Positions 25,535 through 32,000 of a DNA stretch of 32,000 bases are shown piece after piece (the stretch's first letter is position 1; each line of letters opens with the position of its first letter). Below the pieces are notes generated by a model. The model worked only from the letters and a program-made list of their open reading frames with translations, was not told where the DNA came from and ran no database searches. Position numbers and translations under genes: made by a program. Location of the stretch: NCBI GenBank assembly GCA_964360965.1, contig CAYHYM010000006.1, forward strand, positions 12,265 to 44,264, in the 5' to 3' direction. This DNA comes from an uncultured Gammaproteobacteria bacterium (GTDB lineage: Bacteria; Patescibacteriota; Microgenomatia; Daviesbacterales; UBA10151).

Positions 25535-26533
25535 TTACCTAAAATAATCAAGTCTCATAGCCTTCTTAACCTCTAACAAAGTTTTTTGGGCTTCTGATCT
25601 GGCTTTTTCAGTTCCCTCTTTTAAGATCCGTTCGACAAGCTTAGGATCTCGCTCGAAACGAGCTCGATTTTCTCTGATAGGCTGCAGGAAATTATTTAAA
25701 ACTTTTATCAGGTACTTTTTTACCTCAATATCACCAACTTGGCCTTTTGTATAAGCCTCTTTAAATTTGCCTATCTGAGCTCTATCACTCTCAGCACCAA
25801 AGGCATCCAGATAAATAAATACAGGGTTTCCTTCCACGGTCCCCGGGTCTGTTGGGTGTATTCTTTTCGGATCTGTATACATGCTCATGACCTTCTTTTC
25901 TACCTCTTCTTCGGAATCTGTCAGGAAAATAGCATTATTCAAGGATTTTCCCATTTTTCCTTGTCCGTCAGTACCTGGTAAAGTTGGTACTTCCCCTATT
26001 AAAGGTTCTGGAATTGGAAAAACATCTCCGTATAGATTATTGAATTTGATCGCCATATCTCTGGCAAATTCTACATGAGCCTTTTGATCCTTACCCACAG
26101 GCACTAAATTTGCTCTTGGAGTCAAAATATCAGCAGCCATAAGTACCGGGTAATAGAATAATCCTACAGTGTCTTGCTCTCCATGATCCAGCTTTTCTTT
26201 TAGAGCAGGCTGTCTTTCTAAAAGTGGTCTGGGTGTTAATAAACTTAAGAAATAGGCTAATTCAACTATTTCAGGAATTTTAGACTGCAGACAAAAAGTT
26301 ACCTTATTAGGATCCAAACCAACTGATAAATATCCCAGCATTAAACCTCTGATGTTTTTCTCTAAATCAGCAGTTCTATCAAAGTGGGTTGTTAAAGCAT
26401 GTAAATCCACCACCTCTATAAAGGTTTCATATTCATCCTGCAGTTTCACTCTATTGGCAAGTGATCCAACATAGTTTCCCAAATGAAAGCTATCAGATGT
26501 AGGCCTATCCCCTGTTAAGATTCTTTTCTTCAT
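25535..26533 (-). CDS. trpS: Tryptophan--tRNA ligase
   Basis: The ATG at 26533 directly abuts the upstream TAA. Class I motifs are TGDRPTSDSFHLGNYVG (HIGH-type) and KMGKSLNN (KMSKS). Size (332 aa) and overall pattern fit TrpRS. Confidence 0.9.
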   Translation of the reverse strand: MKKRILTGDRPTSDSFHLGNYVGSLANRVKLQDEYETFIEVVDLHALTTHFDRTADLEKNIRGLMLGYLSVGLDPNKVTFCLQSKIPEIVELAYFLSLLTPRPLLERQPALKEKLDHGEQDTVGLFYYPVLMAADILTPRANLVPVGKDQKAHVEFARDMAIKFNNLYGDVFPIPEPLIGEVPTLPGTDGQGKMGKSLNNAIFLTDSEEEVEKKVMSMYTDPKRIHPTDPGTVEGNPVFIYLDAFGAESDRAQIGKFKEAYTKGQVGDIEVKKYLIKVLNNFLQPIRENRARFERDPKLVERILKEGTEKARSEAQKTLLEVKKAMRLDYFR

Positions 26534-27625
26534 TTATTTGTCTCCTGAATCTATTAAAGCATAACAGAACTGGGCTGCTTGGACAAACTCCTCAATATTT
26601 AAATATTCTCTGATGGTGTGCATGCCATAAACTCCTGTGCCCACACATACTACCTCCAAACCATGCTCATTAAAGATATTAACATCTGATCCCCCACCAG
26701 TGGGCTCCAAACTAGGTTTAATTTTTAGTTTTTTATAAATTTCTAACACCATCTGAATCACTGGATGGTCTGGCGCGAATTTATAGGGATCAAACTCCCG
26801 TTTCATATCTATTTCCAAAACAGCCTGCTCATACTGCTTGTCAAACCTATCAAAAACCTCTTGAAAATGTTGTCTGTGTTTTTCCAATTTTTCTGAATCT
26901 CGGCTTCTAATTTCCGCCTTAAAATGAGCTCTTTCCGAAACAGCGTTGCGGGCGCTACCTCCCTCAATTAAGCCCACATTAGCGGTGGTCTCTTCATCAA
27001 TTCTGCCCAATGAGAGGTTGCTAATTATTTTAGAGGCGATCTCAATAGCTGAGATACCCTTTTCCGGCTCCACTCCAGCATGAGCACTACGGCCAATGAT
27101 GGTAACATCAACTCGATAATATCCAGGAGCCGAGACATTGACATGGCCCACGTCAGCGTGCCCATCAAAAGTGACTCCTTGACGGGCCGCAATTTTGGAA
27201 TAATCAAGATTCAAAGCTCCTACAAGCCCTGCTTCTTCGCCCAAGGTCATCACCACCTCTAAAGCTTTTGAATTTAGCTTTTTCTCCTGAGCGACAGTTA
27301 AAGCCTCCAGAACCAAAGCTACCCCTGCTTTATTATCAGCTCCCAAAATGGTTGAGCCATCTGTTTTGATGATGTTACCAACCACTTTAGGCTTAATCCC
27401 CCTGCCAGGTTCCACAGTATCCAAGTGAACATTAATCATAAAGGGTTCACCATTTCCTGCAAATCTGGTAATTAAATTACCGAACTGGTCAAACTCTACC
27501 TTCCCACCCAAATCCTTTAACCTTTTAGCCACCTCCTTAGCCACAGCTCCCTCTTCCCCAGAAGGACTATCAATTCTCACTAGTTCTAAAAATGTCTTAA
27601 TTAACCTTTTTTTGTTTATCATCAT
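26534..27625 (-). CDS. M20-family metallopeptidase (PepT-like)
   Basis: Preferred ATG at 27625 or 27622; the track start is a GTG. Motifs VRIDSPSGEE, HLDTV, GADNKAG, GEEAGLVG and GGGSDVN are M20 metal and catalytic signatures. The 5' end overlaps the HIT gene tail. Confidence 0.75.
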   Translation of the reverse strand: MMINKKRLIKTFLELVRIDSPSGEEGAVAKEVAKRLKDLGGKVEFDQFGNLITRFAGNGEPFMINVHLDTVEPGRGIKPKVVGNIIKTDGSTILGADNKAGVALVLEALTVAQEKKLNSKALEVVMTLGEEAGLVGALNLDYSKIAARQGVTFDGHADVGHVNVSAPGYYRVDVTIIGRSAHAGVEPEKGISAIEIASKIISNLSLGRIDEETTANVGLIEGGSARNAVSERAHFKAEIRSRDSEKLEKHRQHFQEVFDRFDKQYEQAVLEIDMKREFDPYKFAPDHPVIQMVLEIYKKLKIKPSLEPTGGGSDVNIFNEHGLEVVCVGTGVYGMHTIREYLNIEEFVQAAQFCYALIDSGDK

Positions 27626-28064
27626 TAGATTGTACTCCACGAACCAATTTTCTCCTGATTTCCATCAATGATTCTTTGCTTGCTGGTTCATTCTTTTCCA
27701 ATAATTTCTCACCACTTTTGTAGCGAGGGATAATATGGATATGAATATGCCCCACATGCCCTTTATCGCGACTCTCTAGTTTATAGAGCATATTATTAAC
27801 TCTTAAGATATAAGCCTTAGCCCCCAGGCTATTTTGGATGTACTCAGCTTCTTTAATAGCCTCTTGAAACAAGATAGCTTGTAACTCCTTAGGTATCTCT
27901 GTTAAAGAGCTAAAATGTTTTTTAGGTATTAAAAGAGTGTGCCCTTTAGTTTGAGGATGAAGTGATAGAATCAGATAATAATCTGACTCTTCCCTTAATC
28001 TCTGTTCAGGAACTAAAATTTCATCCGAAGTCAGCTGACAAAAAATACAATCAGACGATATCAT
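27597..28064 (-). CDS. HIT-family nucleotide hydrolase/transferase
   Basis: The ATG at 28064 overlaps the upstream gene by 14 nt. N-terminal CIFC, and the histidine triad HVGHIHIHIIP. Confidence 0.85.
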   Translation of the reverse strand: MISSDCIFCQLTSDEILVPEQRLREESDYYLILSLHPQTKGHTLLIPKKHFSSLTEIPKELQAILFQEAIKEAEYIQNSLGAKAYILRVNNMLYKLESRDKGHVGHIHIHIIPRYKSGEKLLEKNEPASKESLMEIRRKLVRGVQSNDDKQKKVN

Positions 28065-29463
28065 ATCCTAACCTCCTTAGACAAAATTTAATAGCTGTTT
28101 CAAGTAAATTGAAATCATGCTGTGTCAAAGAAACAATCCGTTCTTGCTGCCTTAAAATAGATCTAATAACATTGAAAAAATAGTTATTCCGATAGAAAAG
28201 CCCTTTTTGTTGACCAGTCGCATACTCCAGAATTTTAGCATCCATCTCTTTGCCTCTGTAACCTTGTCTTTTAACTGCTAGACCAATATCCTCTGGATTT
28301 TTAAGCGGACTAAAGTTATTCATAAAATTTAAAACCTCACCTATCTTAACATTTAAGAGGGCAGCTGTTCTTTGAGGTAAAAATTGCAACCATTTATCTT
28401 CATTTTTATCTGAGACTCGGAAACTACCAACTCTGGCTCTTAAATTATCAATTAACTCATCCATCTCTCGTTTAAACTCTAATGAGAGTTTATAAGAACC
28501 CACTAAAGCATCAACTAAACTATCATTGTCTCTAAAATCATAAAGCGACAGAATAGTTCCTTTGTCTTTAGCTACCGGTGTGGTTAAAACCATCTGCCTT
28601 AAAGCTGATAACAAAGACCCAGCTGGACATTTGGCTTTGAAAGTAGCAGTCAGTTCGCTTAATGTTAGGGCTTCGCCTTGAGTACCACTAGCAATTCCTC
28701 CGGCAAATGAGACTCCTGCACCTGGTAAGAGCGCAGCCTGACCAAACTCAGGCAAAGAAGAAAAAACATTAACGCTATCTAGCGCATCAGTGGAGGCATC
28801 AATAAAGATCGGCATAGTCTTCCCACCGCTCTCTAGCACTGGCTGAGATAACCCTAGCAATGAAACTAAACTCTTGCCAGTAGCTGTTAGCCGCCCGCCT
28901 TTTTTTAGGATCTTCACGCCTTTCTCGGTTGAAAACATAAAGCCTGTATTCCTCCAGACAGGATTAACTTGTTCAATGATATCCTGACTTAAAGATAACA
29001 GCTCTGACTCAGGGGTAACCTTTACTTCAAAACCAACCTCATTTAGCTTTGATTGAACATTTTGGGCTACGGCTGCGAAAATGTCATGTTGACCTTGATC
29101 TAACAGCTCCACTGCCTGTTCAAAAATCTCCCCTTGCTCAATTCTGTTCCTGTATGCACTAATTACTTCATCTACAGGTAAGATCGCTTGAGTTAAATTT
29201 CTGGCTGCTTCTTCCAGAGGTAAATTCATCCTCTCTGTGGCTGCCACTAAAGTTCCACCAGCCCTGGGTCCGGTATTGTTATTGATTAAGTAGATTGGGC
29301 TCTCTTCTCCTAGGCCCACTTTTAATAAGTCTGCTGTTGACAAAAGCAAAGCATGGCCGGCGTGCAGCTCCTTACCCAAAGTTACGCATAAGATAATCAC
29401 TGGTTTTAAGGTAGCAGTTTCAGCTAGCTCTACTCCTTCCTCTTTTATTAATCTTTCATTCAT
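28051..29463 (-). CDS. Divergent class-I aminoacyl-tRNA-synthetase-like protein, closest by eye to arginyl-tRNA synthetase but lacking the N-terminal tRNA-binding domain
   Basis: ATG at 29463 (ATGA overlap with the upstream gene). The HIGH-type motif KELHAGH is encoded at 29353-29364. By-eye colinear matches to E. coli ArgS (recalled from memory): PIYLINNNTGPRAGG / VIRANHVGDWGTQFG; KILKKGGRLTATGKS / IIQKKDGGYLYTTTD; IFIDASTDA / LYYIDSRQHQH; GGIASGTQGEALTLSEL / KPFKTRAGGTVKLADLL; NNYFFNVIRSILRQ / YMQYAYTRVLSVFRK. The gene call is solid; the functional assignment is tentative. Confidence 0.5.
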   Translation of the reverse strand: MNERLIKEEGVELAETATLKPVIILCVTLGKELHAGHALLLSTADLLKVGLGEESPIYLINNNTGPRAGGTLVAATERMNLPLEEAARNLTQAILPVDEVISAYRNRIEQGEIFEQAVELLDQGQHDIFAAVAQNVQSKLNEVGFEVKVTPESELLSLSQDIIEQVNPVWRNTGFMFSTEKGVKILKKGGRLTATGKSLVSLLGLSQPVLESGGKTMPIFIDASTDALDSVNVFSSLPEFGQAALLPGAGVSFAGGIASGTQGEALTLSELTATFKAKCPAGSLLSALRQMVLTTPVAKDKGTILSLYDFRDNDSLVDALVGSYKLSLEFKREMDELIDNLRARVGSFRVSDKNEDKWLQFLPQRTAALLNVKIGEVLNFMNNFSPLKNPEDIGLAVKRQGYRGKEMDAKILEYATGQQKGLFYRNNYFFNVIRSILRQQERIVSLTQHDFNLLETAIKFCLRRLGYDIV

Positions 29464-30134
29464 AATGTTACTTCTTTATTGGCTACTGCCCCCAATACTT
29501 TAGGGACGTCTTTATTAACCATTGAGCCATACAATCTAACTGATATCTGCGGGTCAGCTTTTTTAAGGCCCAAGATTTCTTCCTCGCTGGCTAGCTTAAT
29601 TGAGAATCTCTCTTTGGCCACTAAATCTAGCACCTGTTGGTAGATAGGAATATAATTTTTTCTTTCCACAGTTAACCTTTTTTGTCTATATATTTCCCAG
29701 ATCATTTCATCAACCATATGCAGGTAAGAAATTAAGAAGCCCTCAATAGTGGTCGGCTGGTTATTTAACAAAAGCAGCCTCAACCTTCCTTGAGGAACTG
29801 TATCTATCATCTGTTGTAAATCCTGCTCTGGTAGCTTTTGGGTGGTAGCCACAGGCACATATATTTTATTATCTTCATCATTTACCTCACCCAGAACACA
29901 CTCTGCCTTGCCTCCCGGCCGAACGCAGATGACCAGTTTCCCCCAGGTCTTTGACCAATTCTCTGATCTGATACAATCATCAGCTAGAGTCTCAAAGATT
30001 GACTCAGTTAGATCAGCTAAATTAGGCCTGGGTGAATTTAGAGCCACATAAAGGGCATACGGGCCACTAGATAAACGGCCTTTTTGATCTTTCCAGATTT
30101 GTCCTATCATGTGTAATTTTTCTTCTTCTTTCAT
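29460..30134 (-). CDS. Hypothetical protein (224 aa), translationally coupled to the ArgRS-like gene
   Basis: Preferred ATG at 30134 (MKEEEKLHM...), with GGAAG 5 nt upstream; the track start is a TTG. The stop overlaps the next ATG (ATGA). I recognised no motif. Confidence 0.6.
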   Translation of the reverse strand: MKEEEKLHMIGQIWKDQKGRLSSGPYALYVALNSPRPNLADLTESIFETLADDCIRSENWSKTWGKLVICVRPGGKAECVLGEVNDEDNKIYVPVATTQKLPEQDLQQMIDTVPQGRLRLLLLNNQPTTIEGFLISYLHMVDEMIWEIYRQKRLTVERKNYIPIYQQVLDLVAKERFSIKLASEEEILGLKKADPQISVRLYGSMVNKDVPKVLGAVANKEVTL

Positions 30135-30154
30135 AAATTCTTCCTTTTTTCCCC

Positions 30155-30181
30155 ACAAAAAAACCGCCTCTTGCGGCGGTT
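30155..30181 (-). terminator. Rho-independent terminator (minus strand) immediately upstream of the RBS of the 224-aa/ArgRS-like operon
   Basis: Minus strand reads AACCGCC-GCAAGA-GGCGGTT followed by TTTTTGTGGGG. That is a 7-bp GC-rich stem, a 6-nt loop and a 7-U run counting the two stem U's. Confidence 0.65.
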
Positions 30182-30322
30182 CCTTGTGTTTTTAATTCTT
30201 TTGTTTTTTCTTACATAGACTTAAGGCACAGAAAAACCACCGTTTTGAGCGGTAAATTTATAATGCCAATACCTAACTACCAAATTAAATATATCCATGT
30301 ATAGCAACTTTACCATAATATC

Positions 30323-30568
30323 CTAGGATTTGTCAAATTCATCTTGAAGAGGAGACCTTGGTATAAACTCAAATCTACCTACTACTCCTCCATTTAAAAT
30401 ATCTTCTGGTTTAACAATAACAGTTTTTCTGCCATCAGGAGATAACACCACCTTATCACCATCTAAAATCTCCACTGTTAAATCCACAGGTATATTAGAA
30501 TCTTTATAAACAGCCTTAACTACGTCTCCCGGTATAATTGGAGTAATTTTTACTTCAGATTCTGTCAT
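30323..30568 (-). CDS. Small hypothetical protein (81 aa)
   Basis: Preferred ATG at 30568 (MTESEVKITPIIPGD...). The longer track ORF adds a Cys/Phe/Leu-rich extension that runs across the divergent promoter region and overlaps the acetyltransferase start. Confidence 0.5.
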   Translation of the reverse strand: MTESEVKITPIIPGDVVKAVYKDSNIPVDLTVEILDGDKVVLSPDGRKTVIVKPEDILNGGVVGRFEFIPRSPLQDEFDKS

Positions 30569-30640
30569 AAAAAAACCTGCCAGAATTATCTGTAGGTATA
30601 AAATCAGTATAACACAACAATACAAGAGGGTAATGGGTAA

Positions 30641-30649
30641 TGGTATAAT
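30641..30649 (+). promoter_or_regulatory. Extended -10 element (TGGTATAAT), candidate promoter of the tandem acetyltransferase gene
   Basis: Exact TGnTATAAT match 25 nt upstream of the ATG at 30674, within a GGGTAAT-GGGTAAT-GGTATAAT direct-repeat run. No good -35 element. Confidence 0.4.
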
Positions 30650-30673
30650 ATATTTACTTTTGAAAAAGCTATA

Positions 30674-31768
30674 ATGTCCACAAGCGAAATCAGTATGAAA
30701 ACAATTCCTGCAGAAGCAGATCAACAATCAAGCGCATTCTTTAGAAGATTCAATGAAGATTTTAGCCGGCTATACAATGCAGAAGATGAGCTTAGAGGGA
30801 TATTAGGCAAAACGGGAAAAGATATCAAGGTGGTTCCTCCCCTAGTTTGTACACATGGATCCAATACTTTTCTGGGAGACGGCGTCCACATCAATCTGGA
30901 AACCTTTTTCGACGATACCAAAAAAATCTACTTGGGAGATAGAGTCCTGACCGGTCCTTTTTTAAGCATTCTAACCATCAAAAAAGACAATGGTACAGTT
31001 TTAGATGGCGATGTGATGATCGAAGATGATGTCTGGATAGGCGGAGGGGTCACTATCTACCCGGGAGTAAGGGTTGGCAAGGGTGCTGTAATTAGTGCAG
31101 GTAGTATTGTGATGCAGGATGTAGCTCCTAATGCCTTGGTGGTGGGAGCACCAGTTCGGCAGATCAGAAAAATCGACCAGGAACAAGAGCCAGAAGGAAT
31201 AAACTCTGATACAGGAGAATCAGAGCGACATAAAATGGCCACACAAAAGGTTTTTTATAGTTCTGATCCGCAACTTAAAATGGACAAACAAAGAGCTTAT
31301 GAATTTTTCAGAAACTTTAATCTTCACGGATCAACACTATCATCAATGGAAAAAAGAGCAAGATTAAGAGAAATTTTGGGTGCAGTTGGAGAAGATATTG
31401 ATGTTAATTCTTTTTATTTTAGTTATGGTTACCAGATCTTTATGGGCAACGGAGTCACAATTGGAGAAAGATCCTTTCTGGGAGATGCCGGTAGAATAAC
31501 AATTGGCGATCATGTAGAACTTGGGCCAGAAGTACAGCTCTATACTACTAACCATTGTCTACCAATCAAGTATCGAGGCTATATAGTGGCAGAAGATATT
31601 ACGATCGGCTCCAATGCGAAGATTGGGAAAAGGACAATTATTCTTCCCGGGGTAACAGTTGGCGAAGGAGCAGTTGTGATGGAAAATAGTGTTGTCAATC
31701 ATAATGTTCCACCTTATACCAAAGCTGGCGGCATACCCGCCAAAGTTACTGGACAATTAGCCCGCTAA
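30674..31768 (+). CDS. Tandem (duplicated) maltose/galactoside O-acetyltransferase-like left-handed beta-helix protein
   Basis: ATG at 30674. Residues ~20-167 and ~188-364 each show the MAT layout of an N-terminal helical region plus hexapeptide repeats. Repeats in module 1: IEDDVWIGGGVTIYPGVRVGKGAVISAGSIV. Repeats in module 2: ITIGSNAKIGKRTIILPGVTVGEGAVVMENSVV. Module 2 keeps the YTTNH His at the position of the catalytic ATHP. Module 1 has LTIKKD there. Confidence 0.8.
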   Translation: MSTSEISMKTIPAEADQQSSAFFRRFNEDFSRLYNAEDELRGILGKTGKDIKVVPPLVCTHGSNTFLGDGVHINLETFFDDTKKIYLGDRVLTGPFLSILTIKKDNGTVLDGDVMIEDDVWIGGGVTIYPGVRVGKGAVISAGSIVMQDVAPNALVVGAPVRQIRKIDQEQEPEGINSDTGESERHKMATQKVFYSSDPQLKMDKQRAYEFFRNFNLHGSTLSSMEKRARLREILGAVGEDIDVNSFYFSYGYQIFMGNGVTIGERSFLGDAGRITIGDHVELGPEVQLYTTNHCLPIKYRGYIVAEDITIGSNAKIGKRTIILPGVTVGEGAVVMENSVVNHNVPPYTKAGGIPAKVTGQLAR

Positions 31769-31772
31769 GAAG

Positions 31773-31843
31773 TGGCAATGGGAGGAGTCGAACCTCCATC
31801 CGAGCTTTATGAGGGCTCCGCTTTGCCGTTAAGCTACACTGCC
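31773..31843 (-). tRNA. tRNA with CAT anticodon (elongator Met or lysidine-modified Ile2; cannot be distinguished here), no encoded CCA
   Basis: Hand-folded cloverleaf. Acceptor GGCAGTG/CATTGCC with one G-T pair. D arm GCTT-AACGGCA-AAGC. Anticodon arm GAGCC-CTCATAA-AGCTC with a C31-A39 mismatch. 4-nt variable loop. T arm GGAGG-TTCGACT-CCTCC. Discriminator A. Confidence 0.8.
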
Positions 31844-31869
31844 GTACGCTCAATTTTAGCATACTTTCG

Positions 31870-31898
31870 TTGACATATCATCACTTTACAGGTAAAAT
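31870..31898 (+). promoter_or_regulatory. Sigma-70-type promoter for the initiator tRNA
   Basis: TTGACA (31870-31875), exactly 17 nt of spacer, TAAAAT (31893-31898), about 20 nt upstream of the tRNA 5' end. On the opposite strand, TGCTAAAAT (extended -10-like) lies 8 nt upstream of the other tRNA. Confidence 0.55.
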
Positions 31899-31918
31899 AC
31901 TCCTGTTCTTTTAAATAT

Positions 31919-31990
31919 CGCGGGGAAGTGTAACGGTTGCACGCGAGGCTCATAATCTTGAGGCAGGGAGTCCGACTCTCCCCCCCGCAA
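31919..31990 (+). tRNA. Initiator-type tRNA-fMet (CAT) with non-canonical anticodon stem and T loop
   Basis: Acceptor CGCGGGG/CCCCGCA with the C1xA72 mismatch and discriminator A, identical to the E. coli initiator ends. D arm GTGT-AACGGTT-GCAC. Anticodon arm CGAGG-CTCATAA-TCTTG. Variable loop AGGCA. T arm GGGAG-TCCGACT-CTCCC. Followed by CC then G, so CCA is not fully encoded. Confidence 0.8.
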
Positions 31991-32000
31991 CCGATTCGAC

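Noticed and set aside
30135-30322. T-box riboswitch upstream of the aaRS-like/TrpRS operon (GGAACCGCCG vaguely resembles the T-box UGGUACCGCG)
   Set aside because: The leader is too short and AT-rich. I could find no specifier-loop, AGAGA/K-turn or distal-loop elements, and the UGGN bulge sequence is not present. I kept it only as a generic attenuator hypothesis.
30569-30727. N-terminal 53-residue extension of the track ORF 30323-30727 (MLICFCRNCFHTDFACGH...)
   Set aside because: The extension crosses the divergent promoter region, overlaps the acetyltransferase start and has odd Cys/Phe/Leu composition. The internal ATG at 30568 gives a compact 81-aa protein instead.
1-32000. Alternative genetic code (UGA recoded as in some candidate phyla)
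   Set aside because: TGA terminates ORFs exactly at conserved C-termini and at coupled ATGA junctions (pth/PRTase, polA/122-aa gene, 224-aa/ArgRS-like gene). No conserved gene appears interrupted by in-frame TGA.
31769-32000. tRNA-adjacent integration hotspot or genomic island boundary
   Set aside because: No integrase, direct repeat of a tRNA 3' end, or compositional shift is visible within the window. The sequence ends 10 nt after the second tRNA, so this cannot be assessed.

Overview
AT-rich, very gene-dense window with about 36 protein genes and two CAT-anticodon tRNAs at the 3' end. Thirty genes are on the minus strand, and many junctions abut or overlap (ATGA, TAATG, TAAATG). I saw no rRNA, CRISPR array, transposase or integrase. 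TGA acts as a stop at several coupled junctions, so the standard bacterial code applies. Content is housekeeping for a small-genome bacterium. It includes an isoprenoid module (IDI-2 fragment, isopentenyl phosphate kinase, UppS), a ZIP transporter, DUF3105 plus a DsbA-like protein, Pth and a PRTase. It also includes an EndoQ-like PHP nuclease coupled to an ATP-dependent DNA ligase, a GGDEF cyclase, a Fic protein, RecF, an MFS transporter and Fpg/MutM. The remainder comprises a GT4 glycosyltransferase, a Pol I with no 3'-5' exonuclease domain, FtsH, a Trbp111/CsaA-like tRNA-binding protein, a BrnT/BrnA pair, TrpRS, an M20 peptidase, a HIT hydrolase and a tandem hexapeptide acetyltransferase. 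The archaeal-flavoured genes and many short secreted or membrane hypotheticals suggest a CPR/Patescibacteria-type organism, but that is inference only. Two things are not explained by ordinary annotation. (1) Several families of short GC-rich hairpin elements sit in-frame inside housekeeping genes or directly against start codons. Full copies are 69, 75, 75, 84 and 117 bp, and two 75-bp copies differ by compensatory stem changes. (2) A tightly overlapped five-gene string runs unknown 224 aa, N-terminally truncated divergent ArgRS-like protein, HIT, M20, TrpRS. It is entered through a strong intrinsic terminator lying about 20 nt before its RBS, with a possible antiterminator pairing and a 31-codon upstream ORF. 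All homology calls rest on by-eye motif recognition and need HMM or BLAST confirmation.
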